From Octopus sinensis (lineage: Eukaryota), in assembly GCF_006345805.1 (NCBI RefSeq), contig NC_042997.1:5952001-6016000 (forward strand): DNA of 64,000 nucleotides. The letters are read 5' to 3'. The notes below the pieces were generated by a model. It saw only the letters and a program-made list of their open reading frames with translations. It ran no database searches and was not told the origin of the DNA. Every line of letters begins with the position of its first letter. Position 1 is the stretch's first letter. Both the position numbers and the translations under genes were made by a program. Of this stretch, positions 52,550 to 64,000 are shown in pieces.

Positions 52550-53872
52550 ACTATGGCTCCATTTTCATCCTTCTCCTGAACATCATCCTCAACATCCTCC
52601 GCCTCGTCATCACTTGATTACCTTCTCGACAGATAATAATAAGGAAAACAAACCATAACGTAATAAACTATATTCATTACAGAAGAACATATAAATTACA
52701 TCACTTCTTGACTCTCAAAATACAAAGAAAATGTTCATGTATATAACGATCTGCTTGGCTGTTTTCTTCATATAATTCCTCGTAATTTTTACTTTGAATA
52801 GTTTGGGTCTATTATACGGCAATGCATGGAAAGGGGTTTTGATATATTTTAATTTCTATTTTGTTCCTTATCTGAAATCAGTAATAAACTGTACAATAGT
52901 TTTGCACATATTTATAATTCAATGATGTTCCGTTATCTCAGTTGTTTTATCCTGCTAAAAAGCAATACAGTTTATTTCACATATGCTTATCTGATGAATA
53001 AAATACAGAAAACCTATAGGAGCATTCCTATATAGATAGATAAACAATATTTAAATGACAATATTATTTTTTTTTATCCAATGAATGACTAATTTAGATT
53101 CAGATTGTGAATATTCCACCGACATTTATAAGGTATTCGTGCAATTACACAGATCTCGACAAATTACTTTGACATAAAATGCAAAATATTCTGATAATAT
53201 ATTTTGTAAATATTATAGATTTATAAGCAGATAAGGAATAAATCACAGATTAAGCTATTATCAGGTTGTTCGGAATAATTTATTTAATTCACAATTGTTT
53301 TCCATTTATCTAGTTCTATTTTCCCCAGCATAATTCCCTCCTGATATGTAAGATCAAGTCCTAAATTTTATCATTAGGAGTTTAGATGAAAATAAATGGA
53401 AGGCATGTAAAATAAACACGTGTTGTATCCATAAGGACAAAATAATTATTTTGGGTTGTTATGAATAGGGACAAATAATATTATCGTATCGCAAAGAGGA
53501 CTTCCCAAAACGACAGCAAGTAAGCAAGCGTCTGAGAAAACATAAATGGAAGCGGAAATAGGAGATATGCTAGATTGCAAATACATATATATTTTCTATC
53601 TGTATGTGTGTGTGTATATAAAACTTTACATGTATATTTGACACGTTTAGAAAACAGAAATTACAATGAAATAGATAATAGGGATAATAATTGCAAATAT
53701 TATCGAAAATATTATGATATGAAAGTTACTCTCTTTTAAATGTTAGTTTGCCAGGAAATTGGATATCCATCATCATCTGTAAAAAGAAACTATATATATG
53801 TATATATATACATATAGGGAGATATATAGATAGATATAGAAGCATACACACACAGATATCTATCTATCTATT

Positions 53873-53949
<77 letters not shown>

Positions 53950-55662
53950 GCATGCCTGTGGATGTTGCCATGTATTATTATTGTTTTATTGATATAGCTT
54001 CATAGATCCATGCTTTTCACTCGTTTGAAACTTGATGCAAGAAATAACAGTGACTCTCAGTATCTTTCAACAAAAGAGCAGTGTGGAAATTCCAGATATT
54101 CAGATAATAGCATGCATATGTATTTGCATTTATGCAGATATCGTAGTTAAGGTGCATGGCTCAGTGGTTAGAGCATCGGGCTAACACTCCTGAGATTGGG
54201 AGTTCGATTCCGGGACCAGGATGTGTATTGTGTTCTTCAGCAAAGCAATTTATTTCACGTTGCTCCAGTTCAGTCAGCTTTGGAAATATGTTTCGATATC
54301 ACTGGTGCATGCAACTCGGCCTTTCTATTTAAGTACAGAAATGGATACTGCAGTCATGCTAAAAATTAATTATAATAACTATTGCAGTTGGACACGCGTT
54401 AAAAAATTCATGTTGTATCGAAAAAATGTCCAAATGGTGCCGAATGTGGACATTTTAAAATAAAAGCAGCTTTTATAACCCAGAATGAAATTTCTTGTTC
54501 ACCATGCACTTATATTCGTGTGCTATGGAATATTAGTGCCTGTTGCATACATAGAATTTACTTTCAAGTATATCATTAACTTATCTGATAGTTCTAAACC
54601 AGCTTTGCTTCACAAGTCTTATTCAGTGCAATCCAGACTGAAACAAGGAAGATTTTACTCAATGTTTTGAAAAACATGGAGAAGGACCCTGTGTACAAGT
54701 GAAGATGGAAACAAAATTACCCCGTTTTGATTATTCATATATATTTTGAACTAACTATAACATGCTTAAAATAAAGGGGATGTAATTAACATAAGTTATA
54801 TAACAGCATTTTAGATGTGAACGCATGCTCTGGTTTATCGTCCGTTGCCGTAGGTTCACCTCATATTCTCTAAAACACAACGTTCTTTTGTATTCTTAAG
54901 TCAAACTCAATATCGATCATTTAATCTTGGTGCCCCTCAAGTGATTAAAAACAATACGTATTTATATTGGCCTCTCTCCTTAAACTTTGCCATATAATTT
55001 TATATGGCAAAAGGAAACGAATATAGTTTCAGGTTAATTTGATTTTATCGTTGAGAGATAAACGAGTATTTCGGAAATTGCTTTAACTTGAGAAATATAT
55101 TTATGAATGAAATTTTATTATTCAGAAAGATAAACAGAAACTAAGAGTATGTCATAGAATAAGAGCTTCGTTGATGATATGATGTTTAATTCTCAGATAA
55201 AGGATTTGCTTTCTCATAGCATGAAAAATAGGCTATTTTTACGTTAATATGATTATGATATATTTTCATGAAAAACACTCTATAATAATTAGAGGAAATA
55301 TATTTAAATATTATTTTGAGCGCCATCCTTCAGTCGGAGACTTTTAATAATGTTATACATGTCGATTATGAGGAAATAATTAATGTTCTGGAAGCAATAT
55401 AATTAAATTCTGAATAAATGAGTTTGAATTTACGATATTTAATGAGTGACCTTGCTGTTACGTGAAGTAAATGCATATTTTGTCCTCTTATTCTGTGATT
55501 ACAATGAAATATATAACTTACGGTTCCAATGAAAATGAGCTCCTTCATAGAAATATTATTTCTAATATCTTCTTTGAACACTGAAAAAAATACGAAAAGT
55601 AATCGTAAATAATATATTTAAGGATAAATCATGCACATATACATTTTAGTTGTATTTGTATT

Positions 55663-55737
<75 letters not shown>

Positions 55738-57450
55738 GCATGCCTGTGGATGTTGCCATGTATTATTATTGTTTTATTGATATAGCTTCATAGATCCATG
55801 CTTTTCACTCGTTTGAAACTTGATGCAAGAAATAACAGTGACTCTCAGTATCTTTCAACAAAAGAGCAGTGTGGAAATTCCAGATATTCAGATAATAGCA
55901 TGCATATGTATTTGCATTTATGCAGATATCGTAGTTAAGGTGCATGGCTCAGTGGTTAGAGCATCGGGCTAACACTCCTGAGATTGGGAGTTCGATTCCG
56001 GGACCAGGATGTGTATTGTGTTCTTCAGCAAAGCAATTTATTTCACGTTGCTCCAGTTCAGTCAGCTTTGGAAATATGTTTCGATATCACTGGTGCATGC
56101 AACTCGGCCTTTCTATTTAAGTACAGAAATGGATACTGCAGTCATGCTAAAAATTAATTATAATAACTATTGCAGTTGGACACGCGTTAAAAAATTCATG
56201 TTGTATCGAAAAAATGTCCAAATGGTGCCGAATGTGGACATTTTAAAATAAAAGCAGCTTTTATAACCCAGAATGAAATTTCTTGTTCACCATGCACTTA
56301 TATTCGTGTGCTATGGAATATTAGTGCCTGTTGCATACATAGAATTTACTTTCAAGTATATCATTAACTTATCTGATAGTTCTAAACCAGCTTTGCTTCA
56401 CAAGTCTTATTCAGTGCAATCCAGACTGAAACAAGGAAGATTTTACTCAATGTTTTGAAAAACATGGAGAAGGACCCTGTGTACAAGTGAAGATGGAAAC
56501 AAAATTACCCCGTTTTGATTATTCATATATATTTTGAACTAACTATAACATGCTTAAAATAAAGGGGATGTAATTAACATAAGTTATATAACAGCATTTT
56601 AGATGTGAACGCATGCTCTGGTTTATCGTCCGTTGCCGTAGGTTCACCTCATATTCTCTAAAACACAACGTTCTTTTGTATTCTTAAGTCAAACTCAATA
56701 TCGATCATTTAATCTTGGTGCCCCTCAAGTGATTAAAAACAATACGTATTTATATTGGCCTCTCTCCTTAAACTTTGCCATATAATTTTATATGGCAAAA
56801 GGAAACGAATATAGTTTCAGGTTAATTTGATTTTATCGTTGAGAGATAAACGAGTATTTCGGAAATTGCTTTAACTTGAGAAATATATTTATGAATGAAA
56901 TTTTATTATTCAGAAAGATAAACAGAAACTAAGAGTATGTCATAGAATAAGAGCTTCGTTGATGATATGATGTTTAATTCTCAGATAAAGGATTTGCTTT
57001 CTCATAGCATGAAAAATAGGCTATTTTTACGTTAATATGATTATGATATATTTTCATGAAAAACACTCTATAATAATTAGAGGAAATATATTTAAATATT
57101 ATTTTGAGCGCCATCCTTCAGTCGGAGACTTTTAATAATGTTATACATGTCGATTATGAGGAAATAATTAATGTTCTGGAAGCAATATAATTAAATTCTG
57201 AATAAATGAGTTTGAATTTACGATATTTAATGAGTGACCTTGCTGTTACGTGAAGTAAATGCATATTTTGTCCTCTTATTCTGTGATTACAATGAAATAT
57301 ATAACTTACGGTTCCAATGAAAATGAGCTCCTTCATAGAAATATTATTTCTAATATCTTCTTTGAACACTGAAAAAAATACGAAAAGTAATCGTAAATAA
57401 TATATTTAAGGATAAATCATGCACATATACATTTTAGTTGTATTTGTATT

Positions 57451-57456
<6 letters not shown>
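53950..57456. repeat. tandem duplication with 1788-bp period; junctions inside (TA)n tracts
   Basis: 53950-55668 repeats at 55738-57456. Three ORFs recur with identical translations at an exact +1788 offset, and no difference was seen in the segments compared by eye. Confidence 0.95.
54151..54345 (+). mobile_element. tRNA-derived SINE (duplicated at 55939-56133)
   Basis: A-box TGGCTCAGTGG, B-box GAGTTCGATTCC, then TTTATTTCACGTTGCTCCAGTTCA body. Confidence 0.75.
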
Positions 57457-57515
<59 letters not shown>

Positions 57516-58316
57516 TTATATATGTGCATATATTTATGTATACACATGTATACACACTCATATATACACATATATATATATATATATATATATGTATATG
57601 CATAGATGTACAACATGAGTGCATATATCTACATATATAAATATGCATATTTAAATACTGATGCATACATACCATGTTCTGTCAAACAAGACGTAATTTT
57701 AAAACAGGGAAGTGAGTTATATAATAAATGTAGACATTATGTATGTTACGAGTTCCGACACATTATATATTTACAGAAATTGATCCGAAGGTATTTCATC
57801 GGAGAATTATTCTATATACATCACCTGATAATATCAGCGACTTAGGCGTGGCGCTTGACAATCTCAGATAGAACGCTTTTATCAAGTAGGAATTTGATAC
57901 ATCTTGCAGGATGAGGTTCTAGATCCTCAAAAAGTACTGGTGCTGTTACACCACCATAAAAAATTTTAGTCGAAAGAATCTACACCTGTATATAATTTGT
58001 TCTATGAGCCTGGTGCTTATCCTGGCGGTCTGTTTTACTGAACTAGTAGGGGGATTCAAGCAAACGCACAGACACACACACATGCACAAGCACATTCACG
58101 AATGCACACAATCGAACACACACACGAACGCACACGCGAACAAATACACACAAACACACACAAATACACGCAAACATAGTTTAATATGAACAATGTAATT
58201 ACGAACTACCAAAAGTTTTATACGTTGCGAGTTTTTAAGAACAGCTGTGTAGTAAAACACCTCCTATGTATGAAATTATTAGTAGTTCATAATTATATAC
58301 TGTGTACATTCAGCAA

Positions 58317-58370
<54 letters not shown>

Positions 58371-58411
58371 TGCATGTGCGTGTGCGTGTTTGTGTCTTTC
58401 TGTGTATTTTT

Positions 58412-58648
58412 GAACACGACCTCCGCTCGAAAGTTATTGCTGGTATGTTTGCGTCCCCACAACTTAGCAGCACAGCAAATCAGATCCCTAAAATGAGATC
58501 ACTAAAATAGGTACCTGGCCTATAGCCTATTGACCCTATAGGTACCTGTCCAATAGCCTATAGAGCAATTGCGTAGAATCTTTCGAAATAAAGCCTCTAT
58601 GCCGGTACCCCAGTATTGCCGCTTTCACATAACTGAAATACATAAAAT
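58412..58648 (+). mobile_element. diverged SINE 3' half with an internal TAGGTACCTG..ATAGCCTAT duplication
   Basis: Similar to 61471-61669 and to the reverse complement of 43788-43990. Confidence 0.5.
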
Positions 58649-59276
58649 ATACAAATATATACGCATACAAACACACGCACGCCCCCCACACACGCATATA
58701 TATATATATATATATATATACACTTAACATGGCAGTTGAGTGTATATAAATGATACGGGAGGTTCGTATTTAGGCTCTTGTTTCGATAATAATGTTTATT
58801 ATTTTTATTTTCGTGTTTATTCCTTTCTTTACCTTTATACTTCCTATATCCACTCTTTTCCAAAATGACCCCTTATATTGATCTTTATTATTTCTCTCAA
58901 GTTAGCAATGTCATACCGTCTATGAACAAGGAATAGGCCTGATATCGCGGAAACTGCTGTAATACTAACTTTCTTTTTATAAATGCCCTATAAATTCCAC
59001 ATACATTTGTTTTTGTTGTGTCATGTTATTTAACACACAGACATACATATATAATTAGTGGAAAGATTACTATGTGTTCTAAATGTATTATTGAAGACGA
59101 GTGTGAAAAAGCCTTCTTTAAACGTGTGTTTTAAACTATTAATTGGTATTTGTTTGATACAAAAATGATTTACATATTTCATAAGATTTTTTAGCGTTTA
59201 AGTCAAAATTTGTGATTCATTTGGTGTTATATCATATATTCACGATTTCTTAGTGTAATAACTGTGACAAATTTCT

Positions 59277-59353
<77 letters not shown>

Positions 59354-59619
59354 ATCAAAATAAGCAACAAGGATATCCAGAGGTAATGCAGTACGATCGT
59401 TTCATGCGACACCATTTAATTGAACAATGCAAACATTACATCAATTTAAAATATAGAACAATATTCAGCTGTATAACGATATATAATTTTCTTAAATTCG
59501 AAGGACTCATTTGTATAATTTTCTTGTTATCCAAAATCCCCAATAGAGTATGTAGAAAGACAAAGAACATGTATTATCAAAAACATCACAGTTGTAACTG
59601 AGATTTTTTCAAAAAAGAC

Positions 59620-59855
59620 ACAGCCAGGAAGGAAGAAGTATTTGAACAAATCTAGCGCATGGTTGGTGTCATGGATGTGAGAGGGAGGGAAGCCACTAGG
59701 GAAGCAAGGAGCCGTCAAGATATCTGGAGATGAGTTCGGTGGGGCAGTTGCAGGCGGAGACGAAAGGGTGACCAGGGTTGTCATGTTTGTGTATTTGGGG
59801 GAGGAAGTAAATTGTGGTGGTGCGAGGGATTCGGACAATGAGGTTAGAAGTGGTG
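59620..59855 (-). mobile_element. Penelope-like reverse transcriptase fragment
   Basis: PRTTTIYFLPQIHKHDNPGHPFVSACNCPTELISRYLD...SHIHDTNHAL (cf. PLE YxLPKIHK..P.RPIVS...PT...S.YLD...DT). Confidence 0.85.
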
Positions 59856-61231
59856 GTGGGAGATGTGTATGTGTGTGTCTGTGTGTCTGTGTACATATAC
59901 GTATGTATGTATGCATATGCATATGTAGGAATATAAATATTTTTAAGTTTCTCAGTGCAACAATGTAGAAAGCAACAGAACAAAAAATATTGTATGAACT
60001 TGTGACTAGAATATAGTCAAAACGCATATTTTTGTCTCAAATAATTTTGTGAAAGATACTTTGGTGTTATTTCCTTCAATTAAATTGAAAATTAATAACC
60101 GTTTAATTCAAAGTATTAATAATCTTATGGCGGTTACTCGTTTGGGCATATTAAATAAGGTGGAATGAACTAACATATTACAAGAGAGATTTGGGATTTT
60201 TCTATGAGTTATTTATCTTGAGTGTGACAAAGACAATTATCACTAGGAGGATTTGGAAATATGACTTTTCATGTCCATGACTCTGAAATATAGATTAATA
60301 TCACAATAATAATATTTGTCCGTGGTGAATGGAAAATGAAATAAAGATAAATTAAAATGAATTAAGGATATTAGAGAATAACTCTAAATCAGAGAAATTG
60401 CTCTCATAATATAAAAGCATATCAAAAGAATAAAACTCAAATAATTTTACTATCATAAATACAATATCATTATGTATAATTTAGAATGTCTTAGACTGAA
60501 TATGAAAATTAATAATTCATGTATTACAAAAGTAAATTTCAAATAAAATGGTTTATCTTAGATAGGGCAATGGTACGTGACGGTGCACAATTTAAAAACT
60601 CTGACTTAAATGTAAATAAGAGAATTTATGTAATGACGTGGCAACGTATGTTATTAATATAATCATCAGCAAAGTGTTTCGCTTTTAATTTCAGTATTTC
60701 ACGTCATTTAATTGATGACATTTCAGTATATATTTTTGTACAATATGGCTATCAGATTTCCAAATCATCGTCTCAGATATTTGCGTTCAAAAAACTTATG
60801 TTAGCTAAAATATATGCACATAGTTCACTTTACACCACGACAGTGGATGGACCTTGAGTGAGCTAATTATACTGCAAAAATGACAGTCGAAATAACATTA
60901 TGCAGTTATAATAATACCCATATCCATTGCAATTGATTTGGATGTACGCCCAGTAAAAAAATTTATGAACCGCTAGCCCAGGATTTACCCATCGGACGAA
61001 ACACATTGGAATTGCTTATCTTACGTAATCCTAGGTATTCACCATTTCTTAGAGCGTTTAGCCATAACGTAGATCATAACTAAGTGCTCGTAATTTACTC
61101 ACCTGGTTACTTTATCCCTATCTATTCATCATAAGTATATACATACATACACACACGCACATACACACACACACACACACAACACACACACACATATATA
61201 TATATATAATATATATACATATATATATATA

Positions 61232-61271
<40 letters not shown>

Positions 61272-61298
61272 TATATATATATACATATATATATATAC

Positions 61299-61343
<45 letters not shown>

Positions 61344-61410
61344 ATACATATATATAAATACATATATATATATATATATACATATATATATACATATATA
61401 TATATATACC

Positions 61411-61449
<39 letters not shown>

Positions 61450-61470
61450 ATATGTTTTGTGAGTCTGTGT

Positions 61471-61669
61471 TTGTTCCCCCAACATCGTTTGACAACCGAT
61501 ACTGGTGGGTTTACGTCCCCGTAACGTAGCGGTTGGGCAAAAGGGACTGATAGAATAAGTACTAGGATTACAAAGAATAAGTTCTGGGGTCGATTTGCTC
61601 GGCTGAAAGCGCTGCTCCTACATAGACACAGTCAAATGATAGAAACAAGTAAAATAGTAAAAGAGTAAA
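61471..61669 (+). mobile_element. SINE 3' half
   Basis: TTGACAACCGAT...GTCCCCGTAAC.TAGCGG...AATAAGTACT...GGGGTCGATTTGCTCG...CAGTCAAATGA; reverse-complement match to 43788-43980. Confidence 0.7.
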
Positions 61670-62301
61670 TATATATATATATATATATATATAACAATAC
61701 CGTATTTTATAAGATCGTCTATTAGCATTTCTGTCAATGCTAACATATAAATTTATATCCTTGCAAAAGAAAGAATATGAAACTTAATTGATATGCATCT
61801 ATTTGTGCTATAATTTCTGTTTAATTTATATGAAGTCCTTCATTTAATTTTGTGAAAGCACATGTACTTAAACACATCAGTGAAATATTTTTAGACTTAT
61901 TTCTAAAAGTCGAAGATTTTTATAAAGGACACAAAATTAAAAAAAGGATTCATTCAAACACATGACGGAATTCAATCTGAGACGAAAAGACAATTGAAAG
62001 AAAAGAACACGAAGACAAATTCAGTAAGTTGCTCTACAACGCTCATATGTTTTCTTATGCAGCTTAAAACATATAAATAACGATACAAACGTGCTCATTC
62101 CCAAGCAAAAAAAATCACGCAGATGCATACAAATGCACGATCATAAAGACTTACATTCATTACTCAATTCACCCATGAGAACAACCATCCATCCTTCCTT
62201 CCCTTTCGCTATACACGGACGGATACATGCATACATAAACAAATACGTACATATGTACGTACATACATACATTCCTATAATTGCATACGCACACAAACAC
62301 A

Positions 62302-62385
<84 letters not shown>

Positions 62386-62775
62386 TCATAAATACATACA
62401 GACATAGATACACACGTAAATGCGTGTGTATGTATGTATGCATGTATGTAAATAAGTATATTTGTTTGTAGGTATTCATGTGTATGTCGCTTAAAGTTTA
62501 AAAAGTTAGCTTCAAAACCACAGTACCGCTGGTATGTAATTTGGAGATATAAACTTCATAGACACCAGCATGCTGTTTGTATCGGATTGTAATTCAAAAT
62601 GTACAGCATTGTTTCACACTAAGATATTAGTGCCAGTGAATTCCGTTAAGAGAACATAAATCATCCGAATGGGTTTCAACGCTAAATCGGCGTTAAATAA
62701 TTCCGTTGATCTAACACACCAAACATTATAGCCGAACGGCAGAGATAAACTAACATGATAAATATATATATATAT

Positions 62776-62838
<63 letters not shown>

Positions 62839-63205
62839 TAAAATGAGATAGGGGTTGAAAATTCAACCCACCATGGGATAATATATATCCAATATACTGC
62901 TAGATAGGTACCCAACAAAATTAATACATAGATGTTAAAAATTGTCAAACAATCAGTTCATCTATTGCATTATATGGGTAAAGGTAATAATATTACCGTA
63001 AATTAATACTACAAAATTAGAGAATGGAGAAACATACTTAAATCAGTAAAACATCAACTATCCGATGATACTTAATCCATACTTTAATACACCATTACAT
63101 ATGAGTAAAGGCAATACATAAAATGAAATGAGATATACAGTAATAGTAAAAAGATAAAGAGATATAAGTAAAAAATTTTCAATATAATATGCAAATAAAT
63201 CAAAA

Positions 63206-63313
63206 CTGACAGCTGTTTCGGCAGTGAGGACAGTCATACCTCATTTAACCTATAAGCCATAAAGGCAGGTATAAATGAGGCATTAACAAGGATGCCCCAC
63301 GGCCTCTTCAGAG
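63206..63313 (-). ncRNA. type I hammerhead-like motif with a greatly extended stem II
   Basis: Minus strand CU-CUGAAGA-GGCCGUGGGG...CCUCACUGCC-GAAA-C-AGCU-GUC-AG; GUC triplet; palindromic stem III ACAGCUGU. Confidence 0.6.
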
Positions 63314-63536
63314 AATTAAATTAAATTTGTTATAATAGTGAAAAATATTATACAATCATATACATATAAATATAAAAATTTAAAAATGTAAAATATAAAA
63401 ACTTATACATCATAATGCTACACTTATATAATATAATACACATTTGTACAAAAAAGGAAGGTAAACAGAACAAAATAAAACAAAATATATAATAGTGTAT
63501 ATATTAATATCAATAAGTACCGATATTATACATATT

Positions 63537-63674
63537 TGGCTAATAGTTTTTTTTATATAAAAAAAAGGCTAACACACATGGAGATGAAAAATAATAATTA
63601 AATCCGTGGTACAGTTCATAAGATTCTAAAGCTATAAAAGTTAATAAAAATTACTATTAATAATAATAATAATA

Positions 63675-63715
<41 letters not shown>

Positions 63716-64000
63716 TATAATAAAAAATAGATACAGTTAAGTTAGCACCAAGTCCATCCTTACAAGGATGGACTTGTAAGGATGGACTTGGTGCTAACTT
63801 AACTGTATCTATTTTTTATTATATTTTTTTATTATTATTATTATTATTATTAATTATTATTATTATTATTATTATTATTAATAGTAATTTTTATTAACTT
63901 TTATAGCTTTAGAATCTTATGAACTGTACCACGGATTTAATTATTATTTTTCATCTCCATGTGTGTTAGCCTTTTTTTTATATAAAAAAACTATTAGCCA
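63537..64000. repeat. long palindrome centred on 63767-63772, running off the window edge
   Basis: 63537-63766 is the reverse complement of 63773-64000; the only differences seen are in the (AAT)n/poly-A tract. Confidence 0.95.

Noticed and set aside
52018-52617. 199-aa Ser/Gly-rich ORF; likewise the Asp-rich ORF 30174..30392
   Set aside because: Made of antisense LINE sequence plus (AGT)n/(GGT)n or (GAT)n repeats.
54151-54215. tRNA gene-like sequence (also 49398-49467 and 44100-44171)
   Set aside because: A/B boxes are present but there is no complete cloverleaf or acceptor stem, and each continues into a SINE body; treated as SINE heads.

Overview
AT-rich, microsatellite-saturated eukaryotic DNA, probably from an octopus or other coleoid cephalopod (inferred from the SINE types and the TA/CA/GATA/AAT microsatellite load, not proven). 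There are no prokaryotic features, CRISPR arrays, rRNA or genuine tRNA genes, and most ORFs in the supplied track are microsatellite artefacts. What can be supported is a dense graveyard of mobile elements. (1) Many tRNA-derived SINEs. (2) Four mariner remnants. (3) LINE fragments of CR1/L2, RTE and R4/Dong type, with the R4/Dong pieces stacked in (TAA)n tracts and one split by a mariner. (4) Penelope-like (PLE) RT and GIY-YIG fragments, plus several PLE-type hammerhead ribozyme cores and fold-back structures. (5) A 2.63-kb L1/Tx1-like element that retains only ORF1 and is bounded by an 11-bp target-site duplication inside a SINE. There is also an apparently exact 1788-bp tandem duplication, a palindrome of at least 464 bp running off the right edge, and a tentative, unidentified multi-exon host gene on the + strand assembled only from splice signals and phase continuity. 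The best leads are the ORF1-only LINE derivative, the hammerhead variants (a palindromic pair, one with an extended stem II, one downstream of a tRNA-like Pol III head) and the repeated fold-back architectures. All family assignments come from manual translation and motif recognition; no database searches were run.
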